Source: an uncultured Bacillota bacterium | GTDB lineage: Bacteria > Bacillota_I > Bacilli_A > RF39 > UBA660 | Assembly (NCBI GenBank): GCA_902492995.1 | Contig: CABUNR010000003.1 | Coordinates: 3,482 to 67,481, forward strand | Direction: 5' to 3' | DNA: 64,000 nt | Part shown: positions 56,142-64,000 of the stretch, piece by piece | How the letters are laid out: every line of letters begins with the position of its first letter | Numbering within the stretch: the first letter of the stretch is position 1 | Program-made: the position numbers and the translations under genes | Notes under the pieces: generated by a model | The model's input: the letters and a program-made list of their open reading frames with translations, nothing else | Databases searched by the model: none | Told to the model about the DNA's origin: nothing

Positions 56142-57360
56142 CTTTATTTCCTTTAATCATATCTTTTATTTTATCAATTAAGCCTTTTTTATTCATACCA
56201 AGGGCTTCTTTATATACACCTAAAATACTATCTGCAAAAAACTTAAGTGAATGCATTTCGGCAGTTATTACTGCTTGTTTAGACATTTTTTCTCTAATAT
56301 CATTATTTTCTATTAAATAATTTATTGCCTCAACATATGTTTTTTTATCTTTAAAATATTTTCCATTTACATCATCTATTAATATATCTTTAAAACTTTC
56401 ATCTTTTAAAGCTACAACAGGTATTGATCCTGCCATTGCTTCTATTAATGTTAATCCTTGGGTTTCTGTATTAGATGCAGTTACAAAGACGCTTGCTAAT
56501 TGATAATAAATTGGTATTTCTTCATATGGAATAGCATTAGTAAATATAACATTATCAATTATTTTTAAATCTGTAGCTTCTTTAATATAATGTTCATAAT
56601 CTGGTCCACTTCCAACTATTACAAATTTTACGTTTTTATGTTTTTTTAATATATCAACTTGTCCTTTTAACAATAAGTCAATATTTTTTTCCTGTGCTAA
56701 TCTTCCAACATATAATATAACAAAATCATCCAATTTTATTTTTAATTCTTCTTTTAATGATTTTATATCTTCTTTTTTAAAATTTTCTTTAGAAAATCTT
56801 TTAGTATCCATTCCTGTTGGTACAATATGTATTTCTTTATCAAATTTATATTTTTCTTTAAATAAATCATAGGTTTTCTTACTTGGAACAATTAATTCTC
56901 TTGCAGTTTTATCACAATAAAATTTTGTTAAATATTCCACTATTTTTTTACTTGATTTATCAAAATATCCTTTTGTTATATAATAAACATAATCTTCATA
57001 CATAGTATGATAAGTATGTACAAGTGGAATATTTAATTGTTTAGCAATTATTCTTGCGAATGTTCCAACACCAAATTCTGTATGTGAATGAATTATATCC
57101 AAATTCCATTTTTTAATTTTATTTATTGCTCTAAGTGGATATATTCCTGTTAATCTATAATCATATATTCCAATTGGAACTCCTGGAATTCTTATTATCC
57201 TTTCATCATCTTCATATTTATAAGACATATTTTCTGGATTTACAGTTACTATAAATACTTCATGTCCTTCTTCAATTAATGCTTTTTCAAGCATTGATAT
57301 ACTTGTTGATACTCCATTTATATAAGGAGGATATGTATCGGTAAATATTCCTATTCTCAT
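56134..57360 (-). CDS. GT4-family glycosyltransferase, glycolipid (diacylglycerol glucosyltransferase)-like
   Basis: MRIGIFTDTYPPYINGVSTSI resembles the N-termini of monoglucosyl-DAG synthases. The C-terminal ETQGLTLIEAMAGSIPVVA is the E-x7-E region. Confidence 0.75.
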   Translation of the reverse strand: MRIGIFTDTYPPYINGVSTSISMLEKALIEEGHEVFIVTVNPENMSYKYEDDERIIRIPGVPIGIYDYRLTGIYPLRAINKIKKWNLDIIHSHTEFGVGTFARIIAKQLNIPLVHTYHTMYEDYVYYITKGYFDKSSKKIVEYLTKFYCDKTARELIVPSKKTYDLFKEKYKFDKEIHIVPTGMDTKRFSKENFKKEDIKSLKEELKIKLDDFVILYVGRLAQEKNIDLLLKGQVDILKKHKNVKFVIVGSGPDYEHYIKEATDLKIIDNVIFTNAIPYEEIPIYYQLASVFVTASNTETQGLTLIEAMAGSIPVVALKDESFKDILIDDVNGKYFKDKKTYVEAINYLIENNDIREKMSKQAVITAEMHSLKFFADSILGVYKEALGMNKKGLIDKIKDMIKGNKDE

Positions 57361-58379
57361 ATATTTTTCTCTCCTTTTTTTAAGTTAACAGCAATGGCTC
57401 CTATAATCATTGGAATATAATATGTTATGAATCTCCATGTTATCATAATTGCTGTTAAAATACTTCCCTTTATAAAATTTTCATAAAATTTGATAAATCC
57501 AAATTCTAAACCGCCTGTTCCACCTGGTATTGGTACAAATGATCCCATTAACATTACATATGCTGATGCAATTATACTTTCTATTCCATTAAAACTTGTA
57601 TAGTCACCTGTTCCATATAATATTGCTAGTGGAACTAAATAAAAGCAAACTAATCCTGTAAAATTTACAAGAATCATTATTAAAAATTCTTTTTTATTTT
57701 TTAGTAATAGTTTTGTTCCATCATATAATTCATTTATATATGTATTAAATTTTTCTTGTTGTTCTTCCCTATTTTTTATTATTTTTATTTTGCTTAATAA
57801 ATTTATGATTTTATTTATGATAAATTTATTAGTTTTTTTTGTAAATGCTAGTAAAAATAATGCAAATGTTACTAATGTATTTATTATAAAACCTATTGTT
57901 ACTAAGTTTTTTAAAAGACCATTACTTGGAAAAATATGAAATAGTTGATTACATAATATTGCAAGAACTCCTAATGTTACTAAAGCAATTTGATAAACAA
58001 CAAATTGTTGAATAACAATTGTTGTACAATCTGCCATTTTTATTTTTTCTTTTCTAAGAATATATATTTCAAAAGGTTGTCCTCCACTTGAAAATGGTGT
58101 TATTGCATTAAAAAAATTAATTTCTAATATAAATTTAAATGTCTTTTTAAAATTATAATCTTTTTTAAATTTTTTTATTATTTTATTTAAAGCAATGGCT
58201 TTAAAAAACCAATAACTTGCTATTAGTAAAAAGGCTACTAATAACCATCCTTTATTTAATGTTTTTAGTATAGTAATTATTTCTTTATAATTATCTTTTA
58301 AGGAGAAAAATAGTACTAAAATTGTTACTATTAAAAGTAATAAATAATTTATTATTTTATTTTTCATATTATTTTTCAC
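57357..58379 (-). CDS. lysylphosphatidylglycerol-synthase-TM-region-like (UPF0104, flippase-like) membrane protein
   Basis: About 8 TMs, with FNAITPFSSGGQPFEIYIL and PIPGGTGGLEFGF, which are typical of the LPG_synthase_TM family. Confidence 0.6.
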   Translation of the reverse strand: MKNNMKNKIINYLLLLIVTILVLFFSLKDNYKEIITILKTLNKGWLLVAFLLIASYWFFKAIALNKIIKKFKKDYNFKKTFKFILEINFFNAITPFSSGGQPFEIYILRKEKIKMADCTTIVIQQFVVYQIALVTLGVLAILCNQLFHIFPSNGLLKNLVTIGFIINTLVTFALFLLAFTKKTNKFIINKIINLLSKIKIIKNREEQQEKFNTYINELYDGTKLLLKNKKEFLIMILVNFTGLVCFYLVPLAILYGTGDYTSFNGIESIIASAYVMLMGSFVPIPGGTGGLEFGFIKFYENFIKGSILTAIMITWRFITYYIPMIIGAIAVNLKKGEKNI

Positions 58380-59550
58380 TTATTATTTCTATTCCTGGAA
58401 GTTTTTTTCCTTCTAAAAATTCAAGTGATGCTCCTCCTCCTGTTGATATATGTGTCATATAATCTTTATATCCGAAATTAATTACTGCTGATGCGGTATC
58501 TCCTCCTCCAATTATTTTTACTGCATCTATATTTTTTAATATTTCACAAATTTCTTTTGTTCCATTACTAAATGTTTCTAGTTCACTATATCCAAGTGTT
58601 CCATTCCATATTATTGTTTTACTATCTGTTAAATATTCTTTAAATAATTTTATTGTTGAATGACCTATATCAAGACCGATCTCATCACTTTTTATATCTT
58701 TTATAAAGCATTCTCTTTTATTTCCTTCTTTTATTTCTAAACTATTTACGGAGTCTATTGGAAGTATTATTTTGTCCTTGTATTTTTCTAAAATAGTTTT
58801 TGCAAATTCCATACTTTCTTCATCTTTTATTGATTTTCCAACATCAATACCCATGGATGCTAAGAAAGTATAACTCATTCCGCCACCTATTAAAATATAA
58901 TCTGCTATTTTTACTAAGTTTTCTATGACTCCTATTTTGTCATTTACTTTTGCGCCTCCTAATATTACTGTTAATGGTCTTTTTGGTTTTTTTATAGCAT
59001 TTCCTAAGATTTTTACTTCTTTTTCTACTAAAAATCCTATACCACTAGGTATATTAGTTGCAATTCCTACATTTGATGCATGTTTTCTATGACACGTTCC
59101 AAATGCATCATTTATAAATATATCTCCTAAACTTGCCCAATATTTTCCAAGTTCTTTATCATTCTTACTTTCTAAGTTACCATTTAAATCTTCGAATCTA
59201 GTGTTTTCCATTAATAAAACTTCTCCACTTTTTAAATTATTAATTTCATCTTCTAGTATTTTTCCCCTAGTTTCTGTAACAAAGATAACTTCTTTATCTA
59301 ATAATTCACTAAGTCTTAAAGCAACTGGTTCTAAAGTATTTTTTTCTTTATCTTTTTCTTCTTTTATTCTTCCTAAGTGTGACATTAATATGACCTTAGC
59401 TTGTTTTTCTATACAATAATTTATTGTTTCTAAACTTTGTTTTATTCTATTATCATCTAATATTACAGAATCTTTTATTGGTACATTGAAATCTACTCTA
59501 ATAATTACTTTTTTATCTTTTAAATCAAAATCTTTTACTGTCTTTTTCAT
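58369..59550 (-). CDS. pgk: phosphoglycerate kinase
   Basis: VIIRVDFNVP, SHLGR, FINDAFGTCHRKHAS, GGAKVNDKI and GGGDTASA. Confidence 0.95.
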   Translation of the reverse strand: MKKTVKDFDLKDKKVIIRVDFNVPIKDSVILDDNRIKQSLETINYCIEKQAKVILMSHLGRIKEEKDKEKNTLEPVALRLSELLDKEVIFVTETRGKILEDEINNLKSGEVLLMENTRFEDLNGNLESKNDKELGKYWASLGDIFINDAFGTCHRKHASNVGIATNIPSGIGFLVEKEVKILGNAIKKPKRPLTVILGGAKVNDKIGVIENLVKIADYILIGGGMSYTFLASMGIDVGKSIKDEESMEFAKTILEKYKDKIILPIDSVNSLEIKEGNKRECFIKDIKSDEIGLDIGHSTIKLFKEYLTDSKTIIWNGTLGYSELETFSNGTKEICEILKNIDAVKIIGGGDTASAVINFGYKDYMTHISTGGGASLEFLEGKKLPGIEIISEK

Positions 59551-59558
59551 GTTTTCTC

Positions 59559-59927
59559 CTAACTATTTAATGTACAAGTGTATGTCATATCACTTGTTAA
59601 TGTTACTGTAATTGTATCCGTTTCTTCTAATTTTTTTTCAGTATTTGGATTTTTTATGTTACTTTTTACATAACCTGAATTCATCAAATCTGCAATACTT
59701 AAATTTATAGAATCACCACTATTTTTTAAATCCTTAGCTGCTTCTATTTTACTATGATTTAGATATGCTTCTGAAGCTAAGCATAAATCACTAACAAAAT
59801 TATCATAACTATTTTTTCTTGTTTTACTTATTTGATTTATTATATTCGGTGCAGAAACTAAGATTATAATTGCTATTACACCTAATATTGCTATTAATTC
59901 TATAAGTGTAAACCCTTTTTTATTCAT
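59559..59927 (-). CDS. type IV pilin / ComGC-like prepilin with an N-terminal methylation motif
   Basis: MNKKGFTLIELIAILGVIAIIILV has a class III signal peptide (G|FTLIE). It ends only 8 nt upstream of pgk. Confidence 0.7.
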   Translation of the reverse strand: MNKKGFTLIELIAILGVIAIIILVSAPNIINQISKTRKNSYDNFVSDLCLASEAYLNHSKIEAAKDLKNSGDSINLSIADLMNSGYVKSNIKNPNTEKKLEETDTITVTLTSDMTYTCTLNS

Positions 59928-59999
59928 TTTATCACCTATTTCTATGTATATATTTTATAACGTTTTTATAATATTTTCAATATATAAACAAAATATAGA

Positions 60000-60947
60000 T
60001 TAATTTGAATCTATATTTTTAAATTTATCATTTTCTCTTTTTAATAAAATTAAATATATTATTAAATTTATAACTATAATTACTGTTCCTATTATAATAT
60101 ATACTAAACTATAATTATTTAATTGCTCAATTATGTCTTTTGTTATATCTTTAAGTAAATTTGTAATATTTAATTGATTTATTTTTCTTAACATTAAATT
60201 CATAATCTTTAATATTATTCCAGATATTATAAAAGTTATTCCAAACCATTTTAAACTTTTATATATACTTTTTCTTGTTATTACAATTCCTATTATAAAT
60301 ATTATAAAAATTAATATCAATAATATATCAAATAGTACTATGTATATATTCTTTAATAGTATATATATTTTTCTTAATTTTGATGTATAATCAAATCCTA
60401 GCTTTTCATTTATTTTATTTGTTATTTCATCTATTTTTTGTTCTATATATGGTGTTTTTTCTTTTATTTTATTTATAAATTTTTCTTGATTTTCTTTTGT
60501 TAAATATTCACTTTTAGGAACGTTTTTTTCTTTAAGTTCATTTGATATATCTTCTATATTATTTTCTAAAAATTGATTTAAATCTTTAGATGTTACTAAT
60601 TTTTCTTTTTTATTCTTTTCTATATTATCTAAGGCTTTATTTAATTTTTCTTTTGTATATTTATCTACTGGTTTTGAATTTATGAAAGATTCTATACTTT
60701 CTTTTGGAATTCCTGCTTCTTCTAGTTTATTTTTTATATCTTTAAATTCTTCTAATTCTCCTTCTTTATCTTTAAATAACTCAATTACATCTATGTTATC
60801 AACACCTTTTTTTAATAGCTCTATATTCAAATATTTTTGACTTATTTTTTTTAATGAAAATAAAACTATATCTACTACTAGTATTAATATACAAATAAAT
60901 GTTAATATAGATAAAAATATTTCTTTTATTTTATTTAGTTTTTCCAT
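60000..60947 (-). CDS. hypothetical membrane protein
   Basis: N-terminal TM, a charged coiled-coil region, then 3-4 C-terminal TMs. I recognise no motif. Confidence 0.45.
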   Translation of the reverse strand: MEKLNKIKEIFLSILTFICILILVVDIVLFSLKKISQKYLNIELLKKGVDNIDVIELFKDKEGELEEFKDIKNKLEEAGIPKESIESFINSKPVDKYTKEKLNKALDNIEKNKKEKLVTSKDLNQFLENNIEDISNELKEKNVPKSEYLTKENQEKFINKIKEKTPYIEQKIDEITNKINEKLGFDYTSKLRKIYILLKNIYIVLFDILLILIFIIFIIGIVITRKSIYKSLKWFGITFIISGIILKIMNLMLRKINQLNITNLLKDITKDIIEQLNNYSLVYIIIGTVIIVINLIIYLILLKRENDKFKNIDSN

Positions 60948-61002
60948 ATTACCACCTATAAGTAGGATAGCACTTTTTAAGTATTTAGTAAAGAAAAAAA
61001 GC

Positions 61003-61326
61003 TTAACGCTTTTTTAATTCATCTATTTGTTTTTTTAATTGATTTGCATTCTCACTCAATACAATTTTTAATTGATTATCGATTTCTACTATACCCCTTG
61101 CTCCCATTTTTTGGATTCCTTCTTTATTTACAAGGCTTATATCTTTTAATGTTACGATAAATCTAGATTTGTTTGCTTCATATGATGTTATATTATCTTT
61201 TCCACCTAGATAAGAAACTAATTTATTTATTTCAATTTTAAAATCTTTTTTCTTTGTTTTCATGATTGCGATTGCAACTATGATAAGTATTATAATAATT
61301 ATTATATATTGTAATATTTGACCCAT
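61003..61326 (-). CDS. membrane-anchored PTS EIIB-like domain protein lacking the phospho-Cys
   Basis: LVSYLGGKDNITSYEANKSRFIVTLKD aligns to the EIIB(Glc) motif lGGkeNI...hCaTRLRl.lkD, but the Cys position reads Ala. Confidence 0.5.
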   Translation of the reverse strand: MGQILQYIIIIIILIIVAIAIMKTKKKDFKIEINKLVSYLGGKDNITSYEANKSRFIVTLKDISLVNKEGIQKMGARGIVEIDNQLKIVLSENANQLKKQIDELKKR

Positions 61327-61409
61327 TTTATCACCTATTTAATTATACTATATTTTTTTATTTTTTTAAATATATTTTAATAAAATAAGCAGATAAATCT
61401 GCTTACTTT

Positions 61410-62813
61410 TTATATTTCTTCAATTTTCATAAAGTTTGTAATTCTCTTTGTTCCATTATTAGGAAAACCACCTGTTATTACAACTTTATCTTTTGGTTGT
61501 AAATTAAACATTGCTTTTGCCTTTTCTTTTGCAATTTCTACTACTTCATCTGTACTATTACATACTGGTACAATACAAGAATATACACCATAATTTAAAG
61601 CTAAGCTACGTGCTACTTTTTCACTTGTACAAGTTGCTAAAATCATACTATTTGGTTTTAAATTACTTATTTTTCTTGCACTATATCCACTTACAGTACT
61701 TGCAACTACGACTTTTATATTAAGTACTTTTGTACTTTCTACAACGCTATCTGCAATTGTTTCTGTAATTCCTATTTTATCTTTATATTCGAATATTCCA
61801 TTGTAATATTTTTCTGCATTTTCGCAAATTTCTCCCATATACTTAACTGTTTCTATAGGATATTTACCTGTTGTTGTTTCTCCTGATAACATTACTGCAT
61901 CTGCTCCATCTAATACAGCATTAGCAACATCACTTACTTCAGCTCTTGTTGGACGTGCTGATTTTTTCATTGATTCTAACATTTCAGTTGCTACTATACA
62001 GAATTTTCCTTTTTCACGACATTTTCTTATTATCTTCTTTTGATATATTGGAAGCATTGTCATAGGAACTTCTACACCTAAGTCACCTCTAGCAACCATG
62101 ATACCATCTGATTCTTCAACGATACTATCTAAGTTTTCAATTCCTGTCATACTTTCTATTTTTGATATAATTTTTAAATCTTCTCTATTTTGTTCTTTTA
62201 ATATTTTTTTTGCCTCTAATACATCTTCTACACATGATACAAATGAAAGTGCTAAGAAATCACCATCATGATTACATGCATATATAATGTCTTCTCTATC
62301 TTGTTCACTTATAAATGGAATATCTAGTTTTACACCTGGAACACTTAAACTTTTTCTGTTTCCTAAAACTCCTCCATTTATAATTTTACATGTTACTCCA
62401 TCTTCTTCTTTTGATACAACTGTCATTTTCATTAATCCATTTTCTAGTAAGATTACATTTCCTACCTCAAGTGAATCTATTGCATTTGGATGGTTTACAG
62501 AAAATCTTTCTTCATTTCCTATTACATTTTCTTTTACAACTCTTATTGTTTTTCCTTCTACTAGGTTAATTTCATCATTTTCTAAAACACCATTTCTAAA
62601 TTCTGGTCCTTTAGTATCATATAATATTCCTATATGAAGTCCTGTTCTTTTTGTTACTTCTTTTACTGTTGCTACATCTTTTTCTTTTTCTTCTTCTGTT
62701 GCATGTGAGAAATTTATACGTGCAACGTTTGCTCCATTTAATACCATTTGTTCAAATACATCTGGAATGTAACTTGATGGTCCAAGACTAGTTATAATTT
62801 TTGTTTTTTTCAT
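61410..62813 (-). CDS. pyk: pyruvate kinase
   Basis: TKIITSLGPSS, ARINFSHA, MVARGDLGVEVP and MLSGETTTGKYP. The start was set at MKKTKI after GAGGAGGAG. Confidence 0.9.
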   Translation of the reverse strand: MKKTKIITSLGPSSYIPDVFEQMVLNGANVARINFSHATEEEKEKDVATVKEVTKRTGLHIGILYDTKGPEFRNGVLENDEINLVEGKTIRVVKENVIGNEERFSVNHPNAIDSLEVGNVILLENGLMKMTVVSKEEDGVTCKIINGGVLGNRKSLSVPGVKLDIPFISEQDREDIIYACNHDGDFLALSFVSCVEDVLEAKKILKEQNREDLKIISKIESMTGIENLDSIVEESDGIMVARGDLGVEVPMTMLPIYQKKIIRKCREKGKFCIVATEMLESMKKSARPTRAEVSDVANAVLDGADAVMLSGETTTGKYPIETVKYMGEICENAEKYYNGIFEYKDKIGITETIADSVVESTKVLNIKVVVASTVSGYSARKISNLKPNSMILATCTSEKVARSLALNYGVYSCIVPVCNSTDEVVEIAKEKAKAMFNLQPKDKVVITGGFPNNGTKRITNFMKIEEI

Positions 62814-62870
62814 ATTATACTCCTCCTCAAAACTAAATAATTTTACCACAAAAATCCTATATTTGTCAAT

Positions 62871-63608
62871 TTATACTAATTGCTTATTTATTAAAAATTG
62901 CTCATTTTCTTTTAAGCCTGGTTGATAATATATTTTTGTATACTTAGATCTTTCGATATATTTTCTACCAGTTACTTCAATCCATTCATTTAAAACATAA
63001 TTTCCATCAGTAATTTTTACATAACGGCCTACATATTTATTTCCATCTTTTCCTATATATGGGATTACTTTTATATCATATATTTTACATTCAATTATAT
63101 ATATGTCACTATTTAAAATAAATGAATATGTTTTTTTATCTTTATTTATTTCTTTATTTGATTTTTTCCCGAAGATAAATGATAATATAATTATAGTTAT
63201 ACTTGTTATAACAAAAGAAATATCTTCTGGCATTTTAATTTCATTTTCTAATAATGAAATACTTAATCCTAGTGTCCAAAAGATAAAATTTGACCATAAT
63301 AGAATTGAAATAATAATAAAGTTTAATCTTTTTTTATTTTTTATATTATTATTATCTAATAAATTTATTTTTTCTTCTGCTGTTATTTTTTTTATATCTT
63401 TAAAATTATTTAAAAATTCTTGTTTTGACAATCCTTTTGATTCATCAATATCTTTATCCATAACTTCTTGATGATATATAAGAATATAATTATATATTTG
63501 ATAACCTCTCATCATAGATACAAATCTTTTATTTTTATCTCTATAATAAAAATCAGTAGGTGATAAAGTTTCTTTTTTTACTAAAAATTCATTTTTTTTA
63601 TATCTCAC
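62871..63608 (-). CDS. hypothetical membrane protein (possibly the distal part of a gene interrupted by an in-frame TAA at 63741-63743)
   Basis: The track ORF has a GTG start. The same frame stays open upstream to the TAA and is in phase with a 54-codon ORF starting at 63905. Confidence 0.45.
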   Translation of the reverse strand: MRYKKNEFLVKKETLSPTDFYYRDKNKRFVSMMRGYQIYNYILIYHQEVMDKDIDESKGLSKQEFLNNFKDIKKITAEEKINLLDNNNIKNKKRLNFIIISILLWSNFIFWTLGLSISLLENEIKMPEDISFVITSITIIILSFIFGKKSNKEINKDKKTYSFILNSDIYIIECKIYDIKVIPYIGKDGNKYVGRYVKITDGNYVLNEWIEVTGRKYIERSKYTKIYYQPGLKENEQFLINKQLV

Positions 63609-63743
63609 ATATATATATTCTTTCTCAGATTTTATATCATAATCTGATTCATTTTGTGCATAAGCTGAATTTGATGGATATGCTAAAATAATTATTAGAA
63701 TACCTATTACAAATAATTCTGGATCTATTGCTTCAATTATTTA

Positions 63744-63905
63744 TGTAAAATTGATTGAATAATTAAATGATATTTTTTCTGATATTAGAATTAATGAATC
63801 GTATAAACCCGCCATTATGCATGCTAATCCTAACAGATTAATAAGTAAACAAGCAACAAATGCCTTAAAGTATCTTCTCTTTATTAATCTTATATAATAT
63901 TTCAT
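63744..63905 (-). CDS. 54-aa membrane peptide, in frame with 62871-63608
   Basis: My own translation gives MKYYIRLIKRRYFKAFVACLLINLLGLACIMAGLYDSLILISEKISFNYSINFT followed by TAA. Confidence 0.3.
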
Positions 63906-64000
63906 ATAGCACTTCCTTAACTATTATCTAACTTAATTTTATCAAATAAACAAAATGACATCAATAAATTATAATATAACTTTACATACATTTTATAAAA

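Noticed and set aside
59201-63471. Track ORFs 59201-59419, 61511-61723, 62287-62637 and 63103-63471 (+), plus 21030-21248 and 23354-23548 elsewhere
   Set aside because: They lie antisense to pgk, pyk, the 245-aa membrane protein, the DUF5684-like gene and rpoE respectively. None has an RBS or a motif.
1-64000. CRISPR arrays, rRNA operons, further tRNAs, retron- or DGR-type elements
   Set aside because: I saw no regularly spaced direct repeats, no rRNA-like G+C-rich stretches and no second tRNA T-arm signature in the intergenic regions I read. Intergenic space outside the island is short and accounted for by promoters and terminators. A computational scan (tRNAscan-SE, Infernal, CRISPR finders) would be needed for certainty.

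Overview
This is an extremely AT-rich bacterial chromosome segment that uses the standard genetic code: TGG encodes Trp, and TGA, TAA and TAG all serve as stops. It looks like an endospore-lineage Bacillota organism with a reduced genome, because it carries Spo0A, the RNA polymerase delta subunit, a DUF1934-argS pair and an infC-rpmI-rplT operon. Most of the window is minus-strand housekeeping. This includes dnaE, argS, class A and class B PBPs, clpC, sigA, parE, infC-rpmI-rplT, efp, rpmG, sod, nfo, smc, yebC, an LCP protein, spo0A, tpiA, pgk and pyk. A few accessory envelope and carbohydrate genes sit among them (GH5 endoglucanase, SGNH hydrolase, acyltransferase-3, two VanY-type peptidases). 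The only clearly accessory block is about 10.3 kb (about 6.3-16.6 kb), between a tRNA-Gly(UCC) and dnaE. It holds:
- a large serine recombinase;
- a nucleoside-deoxyribosyltransferase-like / ASCH gene pair;
- a separately promoted and terminated four-gene membrane-associated cassette of unknown function;
- a decayed thrS copy that still has a Thr-type T-box leader, itself preceded by a Thr-rich mini-ORF plus terminator;
- a 469-aa orphan gene;
- a frameshifted IS110-family element with a long 5' non-coding region.

I found no CRISPR array, no rRNA and no recognisable named defence system. The candidates for something new are the four-gene cassette and the tandem Thr-sensing leader, and both are inferences from sequence reading only. 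Several items are absent from the supplied ORF track and come from my own translation: rpmG (L33), the C-terminal half of the IS110 transposase, the thrS relic fragments, the partial transglutaminase-like gene at the left edge, and the small ORFs.
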